IMG/VR virus record: IMGVR_UViG_3300032322_002907
Strand: one strand, 5' to 3'
DNA from: an uncultured virus (IMG/VR IMGVR_UViG_3300032322_002907)
Lineage: Duplodnaviria > Heunggongvirae > Uroviricota > Caudoviricetes
Length of the DNA stretch: 64,000 bases
The position numbers and the translations under genes are program-made. The notes under the pieces were generated by a model that had not been told where the DNA came from, did no database searches, and was given only the letters and a program-made list of their open reading frames with translations. Below, in pieces: positions 8,098-15,768 of this stretch; position 1 is the first letter of the stretch; every line of letters begins with the position of its first letter.

Positions 8098-8698
8098 CCA
8101 TATTGAAACACACTATAAACTTCTTGGTAGGAGAAGCATCCTTCGTTGGGCTACCACCGCCAACTACACGGCCTGTAATGTGTTTCAATATGGTCAAACA
8201 GGGCAGGGGATGGACGCATCTTCCGTTTCAAACGATAGTCCGGACTATCTACGCGGTCGAAGTTGGTCTTTAGTCTGCAACCTCACCTCTGGGGCTCACG
8301 GTTACTTCCTGTTTGATACCATATTGAAACACACTCGACCATCTCTTTTTTAGGCATCAGACCGGAGCGACCGGGGCTTGAAATGCTTGGCGATATCCTG
8401 TTTCGAAGCAGGGATGGACAGAACGCCGCAGTGTAAATGTGTTTCAATATGGTCCGAGACTCGAACTCGGCATGTAAGCGGCTTCGCAATCGAGTAGCGC
8501 AATTTCCCTAGCACTGACTAACACAGGTTAATTAAGCCCGCTCTCATCAGTGAAGCCTACACAGCTTCCTGCACCATATTGAAACACACTTGAGGTAACC
8601 GTGACAAGCGGGGGCTTTTTACACCTCTCTACCTGCATGCTCACCAGACAGTCACATCTGTTCTGAGAATGCTTTCGATTTAGTATGCTTCAATATGG
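8098..8698 (-). repeat. array of six 17-nt elements in alternating orientation enclosing five unrelated structured inserts (putative ncRNA array)
   Basis: CCATATTGAAACACACT at 8098, 8319, 8574; near-perfect reverse complements at 8177, 8436, 8682. Confidence 0.9.
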
Positions 8699-8772
8699 TG
8701 CCCCAGGAGAGACTCGAACTCTCAAAATTTGGCTTCTAAGACCAACACGTATACCAATTCCGTCACCGGGGC
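8696..8772 (-). tRNA. tRNA-Leu(TAG), short variable loop
   Basis: Cloverleaf, loop CTTAGAA, A73; its CCA is shared with the first repeat element. Confidence 0.88.
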
Positions 8773-8800
8773 AATGCAAGCAAATTTTTAAAGTACAATT

Positions 8801-8920
8801 TAGGACCTTTGTCCTTGCTACAAGCCCCACCGCGCTCTGTAGCGTGGCGCCCAACTGTCCAGCGCCTTTCCCTATTCGCCTCATGCATCAGAATTCACTG
8901 ACGACTTAGAGAGGTCTTTA
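8801..8920 (-). ncRNA. putative structured ncRNA between tRNAs
   Basis: GC-rich; closing GACCT/AGGTC; hairpins TCAG/CTGA, GGCGC/GCGCC, GCTACAGAGC/GCTTGTAGC. Confidence 0.55.
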
Positions 8921-8925
8921 GATTC

Positions 8926-9020
8926 TGGTAGTAGGTAAGGGATTCGAACCCTTCCGTTTCAGCCCATCTGACCGATCTCCAGGGTTTATAAGACCCCGCC
9001 GCACACCAGTGCTACCTACC
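8926..9020 (-). tRNA. atypical 95-nt tRNA with UAU anticodon and long variable arm
   Basis: Acceptor GGTAGGT/ACCTACT, D-arm GCAC-TGGT-GTGC, loop CTTATAA, T-arm GGGTTCGAATCCC, ACCA. Confidence 0.8.
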
Positions 9021-9041
9021 GTTCATTCATTCAACAGGTTA

Positions 9042-9070
9042 ATTATATATGCGAAATCTTGGGTTGTAAA
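9042..9070 (-). promoter_or_regulatory. sigma70-type promoter of tRNA/ncRNA operon
   Basis: TTTACA-17nt-TATAAT with A-rich upstream tract. Confidence 0.8.
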
Positions 9071-9111
9071 GCAGTTTTTGAACTTTTTATTTTTGTTGTT
9101 TTCTTGCAACG

Positions 9112-9203
9112 TGGTGGAAAGAGTGGGATTCGAACCCACGGACCCGCTTTCGCGAATCGACGGTTTAGCAAACCGCTCCTTTAGGCCTCTCAGGCATCTT
9201 TCC
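9112..9203 (-). tRNA. tRNA-Ser(GCT)
   Basis: Class II cloverleaf, CCA. Confidence 0.93.
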
Positions 9204-9208
9204 GAAAT

Positions 9209-9300
9209 TGGTGGAAGCGGTGAGATTCGAACTCACGGACCCTTCGCAGGATCGCTAGTTTTCAAGACTAGTGCAATAAACCAGACTCTGCCACACTTCC
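9209..9300 (-). tRNA. tRNA-Ser(TGA)
   Basis: Class II cloverleaf, CCA. Confidence 0.93.
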
Positions 9301-9309
9301 AATATATGC

Positions 9310-9345
9310 ATCATACAGATACACAGGGGGGCGTGTCAAGCCCCC
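9310..9345 (-). promoter_or_regulatory. sigma70-type promoter overlapping a GC hairpin after hsp20
   Basis: TTGACA-18nt-TATGAT; the -35 sits in the loop of GGGGGC/GCCCCC. Confidence 0.5.
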
Positions 9346-9353
9346 GTTAACTT

Positions 9354-9845
9354 TTACAGATTAGTGTCTTCTGTTAAAAGTTGCTTGGCTGGCTTCTCGC
9401 CCTTCTCTTTGACTTCAATTTTCTTCGGCTTTTTATGCTCAGGAATAATTTGATCAAGGAAGATACGAAGCATACCGTTAATCATCTCTGCACCTTTGAC
9501 TTCAATTTGGTCATTTACAAGGAAGGTGCGAGTGAAGCTACGGTCGGCGATGCCTTTGTGAATCCAACTGGTCAGAGCAGTATCATTGTCTTCTGAGGAA
9601 TTACCCTTTACGATAAGTTTACCCTCTGCAAGCTCAACATCAATTTCAGATTTACTGAAACCGGCGACAGCGATTTCAATAACATAATGATCTTCTTTCA
9701 CTTTCTTGATATTGAATGGAGGATAGTTGGGAATCCCCTTAGTGAGTTCATCATGAAGTTTTGCCATGCGATTGTATTGGTCATCGAACCCGACGAACAA
9801 TTTTTGAAAATCTTTTGGCATTAGATTTGATAGCATATAACTCAT
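9354..9845 (-). CDS. hsp20: small heat shock protein Hsp20 (IbpA-like)
   Basis: VGFD...NYPPFNI...IEIAVAGF...HKGIADRSFTRTF...NGML; start reassigned using AAGGAG RBS. Confidence 0.93.
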   Translation of the reverse strand: MSYMLSNLMPKDFQKLFVGFDDQYNRMAKLHDELTKGIPNYPPFNIKKVKEDHYVIEIAVAGFSKSEIDVELAEGKLIVKGNSSEDNDTALTSWIHKGIADRSFTRTFLVNDQIEVKGAEMINGMLRIFLDQIIPEHKKPKKIEVKEKGEKPAKQLLTEDTNL

Positions 9846-9850
9846 TGTTT

Positions 9851-9924
9851 TCTCCTTTTCAGCGAGTTTAAAAGTCCTACCCCGAAGGCATAGGTGGCAG
9901 ATTTGACTAGGGTGCCAGCCTAGT
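9851..9924 (-). promoter_or_regulatory. structured hsp20 5' UTR (ROSE-like SD hairpin plus pseudoknot)
   Basis: CUCGCU-GAAA-AGGAG; ACUAGG-C-UGGCA-C-CCUAGU-CAAAUC-UGCCA. Confidence 0.65.
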
Positions 9925-9957
9925 TCCCCATCCCGAGGATATATTATATATGCAAGA

Positions 9958-10167
9958 TCACTGCAAAACTTGTGCTTCTTGTGAACTAATTTCCTCACCC
10001 TCTGCAGGTGTTTCTTCTGGTGCAGGCATTGCCGCAATTTGTGGTTGTGCTTGTCCCATGATCTGATTGATCAGCCCAGCAGAAACCTCATAGGGAGTTT
10101 TTGCAACGCATGATAGAACAAAGTTTAGTTGTTCAACTGTCAAAGAAATATTAACTTGATTGCTCAT
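9958..10167 (-). CDS. hypothetical protein
   Basis: 69-aa ORF with AGGAG RBS. Confidence 0.7.
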   Translation of the reverse strand: MSNQVNISLTVEQLNFVLSCVAKTPYEVSAGLINQIMGQAQPQIAAMPAPEETPAEGEEISSQEAQVLQ

Positions 10168-10176
10168 AGGATTCTC

Positions 10177-10608
10177 CTAGTTTGACTTACGTGGTTTTTT
10201 GCCCAAATTATACTTTGTTTGAATGTTCCAATCACCTTTTTCTTTAAAGGATAAAACTTTAATTTGTGATAGAGGTGCTTGGTCATCAAACAATGGAGCG
10301 TTAATTATAGAGATTAAGCCCCAATCTTGCAATAGCTTTGCAATAGTATTTCTTCTTTGTAGATCATTATCAGTTATATCTGCAAACTTGCCATCAAGAG
10401 CAAAAAGTTCCTTGAAATGAACTAGAAAGTATCGTCCTTGTTTGTGCAGAATGTGACATGATTGATATAAAGTTTTGTCTTTCTTCGAAGCTACGCCAAT
10501 TCTTGACAGCGTTTCTTTTACTTTGAGGAAGTCATCCGCTTCCTTCAAAGCGATCTCAAGAGGCACATATCCTTCAAGATCAATGTTAAATGAAATATTC
10601 TCAGCCAT
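10177..10608 (-). CDS. regA: translational repressor RegA
   Basis: DDFLKVKETLSRIG...LYQSCHILHKQGRY...HFKELF. Confidence 0.96.
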   Translation of the reverse strand: MAENISFNIDLEGYVPLEIALKEADDFLKVKETLSRIGVASKKDKTLYQSCHILHKQGRYFLVHFKELFALDGKFADITDNDLQRRNTIAKLLQDWGLISIINAPLFDDQAPLSQIKVLSFKEKGDWNIQTKYNLGKKPRKSN

Positions 10609-11011
10609 TTTTCAATCCACCTTTTTTTAATTTTTGTTTTAATGAATCAATTTGCTGACGCGATAGTATAGAGACAACGTCTTGTGCCTTTACAGTATTG
10701 TAACCATAATACTCTTTAACTATATCAATCGCTTCTAGCTTTTCTCCCTTTAACCATTTGTTGTATCTTTTCTTCGCAGGTATGATACTACGAAGAAAAT
10801 CAAACTGCATTCTTTTGTCAAGGTGAGGTCTGGAATTCATTTCATTCGCTTGAATCACCGTATCCGCGCCAAAACTTAACGATTTATTTATAATAAAAGG
10901 ATTGTACTGGCGCTCTGACCAATCATCAACGATTAGATCCTTTTTGTTTTCTGCGATTGCATTTACAAAATCAAACGGAGAGATAGAAGGAATTTTGTAT
11001 TCTTCTGTCAT
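10601..11011 (-). CDS. 62: clamp loader small subunit gp62
   Basis: YNPFIINKSLS...ANEMN...YYGY motifs; synteny. Confidence 0.92.
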   Translation of the reverse strand: MTEEYKIPSISPFDFVNAIAENKKDLIVDDWSERQYNPFIINKSLSFGADTVIQANEMNSRPHLDKRMQFDFLRSIIPAKKRYNKWLKGEKLEAIDIVKEYYGYNTVKAQDVVSILSRQQIDSLKQKLKKGGLKNG

Positions 11012-11952
11012 TTAAATTTCACCGTAGCCATAATCTCCGTCAAACAAGCTACAAGATTAATTTCATGGTCGGCAACAAAAGCTGATTTGTATTGGTAATC
11101 TGCAAGAATCAAAACCAACTCAGGAACTTGATTGACAAGCGGAACTAGATCATCATACAACTTACGAAACATACCTTGCGGGTCGTTATCGATGTTATTG
11201 ACTACCCATTGGCGCATCAGTTTCCAATCTTTTGCCTTCAATGATGCAATCAATTCTTGTGTGTTAGCTTCTCCAACCTTTGCAAGAATACCTTCATCAA
11301 TCGTACCTGATGCTGCATACCTTTGTAGTTCATTGATGATTCGACGATAGTCAGGAAAATACTTCATCAGAAGTGCAGCGATTACCTTCTCATCAAATCC
11401 AATCCCCTCATTCTCCAGAATGAATTGAATTCGTTTCATAAACTTAGCAGCAATCTTTGGCTTTTCTGCTTTCGTATATTTGAATTCAATCACCGCACAC
11501 CGAGAATGCAAAGGTGAAATGATTCGATTTTTATAGTTACAAGTGAAGATGAATCGACAATTCTTTGAAAATTCTTCGATGAATCCTCGCAATGCTGGCT
11601 GAGTCGAATTAGGATTCAGATAATCTGCTTCGTCAAGAATAATGACTTTTGTCTTGCCTGTGAAGGAAACTGTTGATGCAAACTGTTTGATCTTCGTGCG
11701 AAGAACATCGATACCAGATTCTTCTGAACCATTAATGAGCAGATAATCAGTCCCAAGTTCCTCACACAAAGCTCGAGCAACAGTTGTCTTTCCCATGCCT
11801 GCTCCGCCACACAAAAGCATGTTTTGAATTTCACCTTTATCGATGAATTCTTGGAAAGTTGCTTTTTGTTCTGTGGGTAGAATACAATCCTCAAGGTTAT
11901 GAGGACGATACTTCTCTACCCACAGAAACTCACCTGCTTTAACTTCATTCAT
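11008..11952 (-). CDS. 44: clamp loader large subunit gp44
   Basis: LWVEKYRP, GMGKTT, ILDEAD, SRC motifs. Confidence 0.96.
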   Translation of the reverse strand: MNEVKAGEFLWVEKYRPHNLEDCILPTEQKATFQEFIDKGEIQNMLLCGGAGMGKTTVARALCEELGTDYLLINGSEESGIDVLRTKIKQFASTVSFTGKTKVIILDEADYLNPNSTQPALRGFIEEFSKNCRFIFTCNYKNRIISPLHSRCAVIEFKYTKAEKPKIAAKFMKRIQFILENEGIGFDEKVIAALLMKYFPDYRRIINELQRYAASGTIDEGILAKVGEANTQELIASLKAKDWKLMRQWVVNNIDNDPQGMFRKLYDDLVPLVNQVPELVLILADYQYKSAFVADHEINLVACLTEIMATVKFK

Positions 11953-11970
11953 AATATAATTAGATCCTTC

Positions 11971-12633
11971 TCAATATTGATTCATTGTATAAAACATATC
12001 TTCAGTTGATACAGTATTTCCAATCAAGTCTTTCAAATCATTCCTAACAAAAATACAATTACCTGTATAAGCAACAAGTGTGTAACCTTTTTTATCTCCT
12101 ACCTCTAACATACTTGCATACGTTGTTCCTCGAGAGATTTCCCCTGCAGGCGGTGTGATATGTCTCCACTTTTCTTTAGGGCCTGGATTACTATTTGTTT
12201 CAATAACAACAATTTTTGCCGAATAGTTTTCCAATGTTTCCCAAACATCTGAATCGTATGAGTCAATATCAATCGACAACAATTCAAAGTCATTAGGTAG
12301 ATTAGTTTTCGAAAAAAGGTTATCCAATGAATTGGGTTGTGTATTGTATTGATCTACATAAGCATGGATTGGAACAATTTGCGGATGTTGCTTTACAGTT
12401 TCAAGCAAGTCATTAAATTTTGCTTGATCACCTTCGATAAACACACCTCGCCAACCTTGCTGTATCAATGAAAAGCAATTGCTTAAATGTTTCCCATCCC
12501 AAGCACCAACATCAACAGCCCAACATTCTGAACTGGAAGAAATCTTCAACCTATTTAAAATTTCTTCAATTATACCATCTTCTCCGTGTTGGGAAAAGTT
12601 GTTTTTACGATATTTAAAAAGAGGTTTCATCAT
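11971..12633 (-). CDS. FkbM-like SAM-dependent methyltransferase
   Basis: SQHGEDG, VDVGAWDG, LLSIDIDS motifs. Confidence 0.75.
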   Translation of the reverse strand: MMKPLFKYRKNNFSQHGEDGIIEEILNRLKISSSSECWAVDVGAWDGKHLSNCFSLIQQGWRGVFIEGDQAKFNDLLETVKQHPQIVPIHAYVDQYNTQPNSLDNLFSKTNLPNDFELLSIDIDSYDSDVWETLENYSAKIVVIETNSNPGPKEKWRHITPPAGEISRGTTYASMLEVGDKKGYTLVAYTGNCIFVRNDLKDLIGNTVSTEDMFYTMNQY

Positions 12634-13286
12634 ATTGTTGACCCAGGTTCCATTGCAATCAAATAAGACAACTCAGAAGTCACAGCTTTGAATTGACAAA
12701 ACTGCTTTTTTGAGAGGACGCAATCATAATCCAATGGCATCAACTTAAAGTTTTCAGATGAGATGTTACACTCAAAGTCAACATCAGAGGTACCGATAGA
12801 TTTGTTGAAGTTGTTTGCTGATGCATTCTTCTTGTCACCAATCTTCATTACAACATTTCCATTCTTGGAGATGATAGAAATAGTTGGCGCAGCAAGAACA
12901 CCTGCTGTTTTAGTGATTGATTGAATGTCTTTTGCTGTCAAACGAAAACTAAAAACAGATTCAACTTCAACACTTTTGTTAGGTGCTGCAACAATCAAGG
13001 AAGGTTCACAATAGAAGTATTCAAAGGTGCCCACATCGTTTGTGATCTTCATTGACTTTTCTCCAAAGTCAATCTCTTGATCTTCCGCAAAGGTAAGAAG
13101 CTGAAGAAGCGAGTTCAGATCATAAATCGCAACCTCGCGAGGAAAAGTTTCTGCAACAGTCGTTTTTGCAAAGATCGACTTAGGTGCATTAATTGTCGCG
13201 AGTGTGTTACCTGTTCGAAGGAGTATGTTCGTATTGATCGTTGAGAAATTCTTCAGAATATTTATAGTCTCTTGGCTGATTTTCAT
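12630..13286 (-). CDS. 45: sliding clamp gp45
   Basis: MKISQETINILKNFSTIN...IYDL...YLIAME. Confidence 0.93.
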   Translation of the reverse strand: MKISQETINILKNFSTINTNILLRTGNTLATINAPKSIFAKTTVAETFPREVAIYDLNSLLQLLTFAEDQEIDFGEKSMKITNDVGTFEYFYCEPSLIVAAPNKSVEVESVFSFRLTAKDIQSITKTAGVLAAPTISIISKNGNVVMKIGDKKNASANNFNKSIGTSDVDFECNISSENFKLMPLDYDCVLSKKQFCQFKAVTSELSYLIAMEPGSTI

Positions 13287-13578
13287 TATCTAGGTTCTCC
13301 TGTTCGGTTTCAATGTCATGTGTGTGAAGCATTATAATCGCATAATGAAGGACTTTCAATATGTCCTTTCGGTTTCGTCCATCCTTTTTACCATACCTTT
13401 GAGCATACTTGATGATGTTTCCTCTTGTAAACTCAATACCCCCACCATTACTTTGGATGAACTCAGTCGTTTGAATTCGTCCTTGTGCATAGTGTTCTAC
13501 ATAGGTCCCATCAATGTATGCCTTCAGTTCCTGAACAAGTTCAGGTTCATTAAACTTATATTTTATTTCTTGCGCCAT
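13207..13578 (-). CDS. DUF3310-like protein (putative nucleotide kinase)
   Basis: HY...GNIIKYAQRYGKKDG...DILKVLHY. Confidence 0.7.
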   Translation of the reverse strand: MAQEIKYKFNEPELVQELKAYIDGTYVEHYAQGRIQTTEFIQSNGGGIEFTRGNIIKYAQRYGKKDGRNRKDILKVLHYAIIMLHTHDIETEQENLDNENQPRDYKYSEEFLNDQYEHTPSNR

Positions 13579-14282
13579 GGGAAATCTCCATTATATTTTT
13601 GATGCATGATTTCATTACCCCTCATAAAAAAATGTGCTTGAACTGAATCAGCACGGTTACCTGCTCTATAGTTTACGGTGTACTCACCTGATACCAAGCA
13701 TTCTATTTTATTATTTCTTAAAACAAATGTCAATGCTCGATCTACTTCTGGTTGATCTTCCGGATGCCTTGCACGACGATACCATAACGGTGTTAATTGT
13801 AAAGCCACTCGCTTTGGTAGAAAAAAGCAATTTACATCAACAAAGTAATCATCAATGATTGACTTCCAATTGCCCAAGCTCTCACAATCGTCATTGCAAA
13901 TAAAGTTTCCATCCATATCAGTGATCTTACGAAGTGAACATGCAAAAGCATTCGGGGTATCACGTAAAAGATTTACTAAACTTTCTACATGATTGGGTTC
14001 CAACCAATTATCCTCATCCAGGTACATGATGAAGTCACCCTTTGCTAGATAAGTTGCAGCCGCATAAATTCGATGACCGTTGTATTGGTCGGTGCCTGTA
14101 GCGTAAGGAATAATGATTGTATCTGCTGCAATTTTACAATCTAACTTTTTAAGATGTTGTTGCCCGTCTACAACAACAAGGTGTTGAATGTTTGAATATG
14201 TCTGGTTAATCACAGAATCTAAATTCTTTTTCAGATAATCTGTACAGGTGGTTGCGGTAACAATAGTCACTAATGGATTCAT
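13563..14282 (-). CDS. GT2 glycosyltransferase
   Basis: SVINQTY...LVVVDG...YLDEDN. Confidence 0.88.
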   Translation of the reverse strand: MNPLVTIVTATTCTDYLKKNLDSVINQTYSNIQHLVVVDGQQHLKKLDCKIAADTIIIPYATGTDQYNGHRIYAAATYLAKGDFIMYLDEDNWLEPNHVESLVNLLRDTPNAFACSLRKITDMDGNFICNDDCESLGNWKSIIDDYFVDVNCFFLPKRVALQLTPLWYRRARHPEDQPEVDRALTFVLRNNKIECLVSGEYTVNYRAGNRADSVQAHFFMRGNEIMHQKYNGDFPWRKK

Positions 14283-15082
14283 AGTTTGCTCAAAAAATTT
14301 TTATGTTTTAAAGCCAAGTATCTTCTATTTCTTTCATAAATTTCTTCATATCTAGAATTTACATGGGATTCAACGTTTGTTCTCATTCCTCCCCAGGAAA
14401 GGTCACTTTTATATTTTAGTGTATAAACAGCGTTTTGATAATTATTTTGTAGCATTCGTAAACTAAAATCATGGCAATCAAACCCACAAGGTGCAAGAGC
14501 AGCATCATAGAAGCCCACTGTTGTATATCTATTCCACAGTACACATGTGGGGCTTCGAATGGCTATTTGGGTTTTAATTAATTCGTTTTGAGAGGAACAA
14601 TAAAAATGATTCAACCCAAGTTGTTTCCAATGTCCATATTCAGACTCAACATAGTTTCTTTCACCTATTGTATATTGCAAGTTCACGATCTCACAACCTA
14701 ATCGCATACTTACATACCCAAGGTTTTGTTCTTGTGAGAATAAGTAATTGAATTTTTTATCGATACTAGGCTCTTGTAATATCACATCATCTTGAACAGT
14801 AAAAATAAGATCGTCGGGATCGGGGTTCATTAGTCTAATTTTTGTCAACCCATGATTGAGACAAGTGATCTCATGCACATCATCCATGAATGAAATTGTA
14901 AACTTGTTTTCTAAATTATTTTTCGTTACAAAATCAAGCAACTTTTCTTTTGATAGATCTTTGCATCCGTCTAGGATAGCAACTACGTGATAATCGCCCT
15001 CACAAGAGTTCACGATACCGTCTAACACTTGAATAATTAAATCTTGTTTGTTATGTATCGGCAATATAAAAAACGACTTCAT
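14279..15082 (-). CDS. GT2-like glycosyltransferase
   Basis: ILPIHN...ILDGCKD...VQDD...DCHDFSLR. Confidence 0.78.
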   Translation of the reverse strand: MKSFFILPIHNKQDLIIQVLDGIVNSCEGDYHVVAILDGCKDLSKEKLLDFVTKNNLENKFTISFMDDVHEITCLNHGLTKIRLMNPDPDDLIFTVQDDVILQEPSIDKKFNYLFSQEQNLGYVSMRLGCEIVNLQYTIGERNYVESEYGHWKQLGLNHFYCSSQNELIKTQIAIRSPTCVLWNRYTTVGFYDAALAPCGFDCHDFSLRMLQNNYQNAVYTLKYKSDLSWGGMRTNVESHVNSRYEEIYERNRRYLALKHKNFLSKL

Positions 15083-15765
15083 AGCAAACCCTTGTCAAAT
15101 CTATATACTTTAGATAATTTAGACGTATCGAACCCTACCATTTCTTCCATTGTGGGAGGATATAGTGGCATATTAAATTCATCATATCCATTACCGCAAA
15201 ATGAAAATCTGTTTTTTAGTTGCTTTCTTGTTTCGCGAAACCACCCCTCGTGCATGCTATGAAGCATCATGTCATGTTCAACAACAGGATAAACAAAATC
15301 TCTTAAATACACTTGATCATTTGTATAGTAGTTTGTTTTAGAAGAAAATTGCAACATAATATCGTGCAATTCTTTAGATAGCTTTCCTTTGTATCCGAAA
15401 GCACATGCAATGATTGGAAATTCATAATGTGCTTCATGATCTCTAAACGTATGAAACTTTTTACTTGAGCTGACCCATTGTTGCACCGCCATTTGCTCGC
15501 GAAATGTAATCCTTCCGTCTGCATCTCTTACAATTACAACATTATCATCATTTTCAAAAAGAGGTTCGAACCGCCAAAAAACACCATGCGTTTTTTCTTT
15601 AACCTCAATTACTTTTGCCCCAGGCATGTTATAGTTTGATGCATCATCAACATAAGCTCTGAATTCCCAGTCAGGATAAAAGAATTTGGCTAATTCATAC
15701 TGCTGATGAGCACCCACAATATAGCGAGGATTTGTACCATACGAACTAATAGAAACAATTTTCAT
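15079..15765 (-). CDS. putative GT-A-fold protein
   Basis: VRDAD DxD motif, FWRF, RDH, DQVYL; glycan-island context. Confidence 0.55.
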   Translation of the reverse strand: MKIVSISSYGTNPRYIVGAHQQYELAKFFYPDWEFRAYVDDASNYNMPGAKVIEVKEKTHGVFWRFEPLFENDDNVVIVRDADGRITFREQMAVQQWVSSSKKFHTFRDHEAHYEFPIIACAFGYKGKLSKELHDIMLQFSSKTNYYTNDQVYLRDFVYPVVEHDMMLHSMHEGWFRETRKQLKNRFSFCGNGYDEFNMPLYPPTMEEMVGFDTSKLSKVYRFDKGLL

Positions 15766-15768
15766 ATA

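Noticed and set aside
8490..8555. Hammerhead ribozyme (CTGATGAG ... GAAA on minus strand)
   Set aside because: GAAA is preceded by G, so stem II cannot close, and no stem I/III with an NUH site could be built.
8098..8698. CRISPR array interpretation
   Set aside because: Repeats are 17 nt and alternate in orientation, inserts are 62-125 nt and structured, and no cas genes are in the window.
5255..9350. Short ORF-track entries overlapping tRNA and ncRNA genes
   Set aside because: They lie on top of clear RNA genes and lack RBS or protein motifs.
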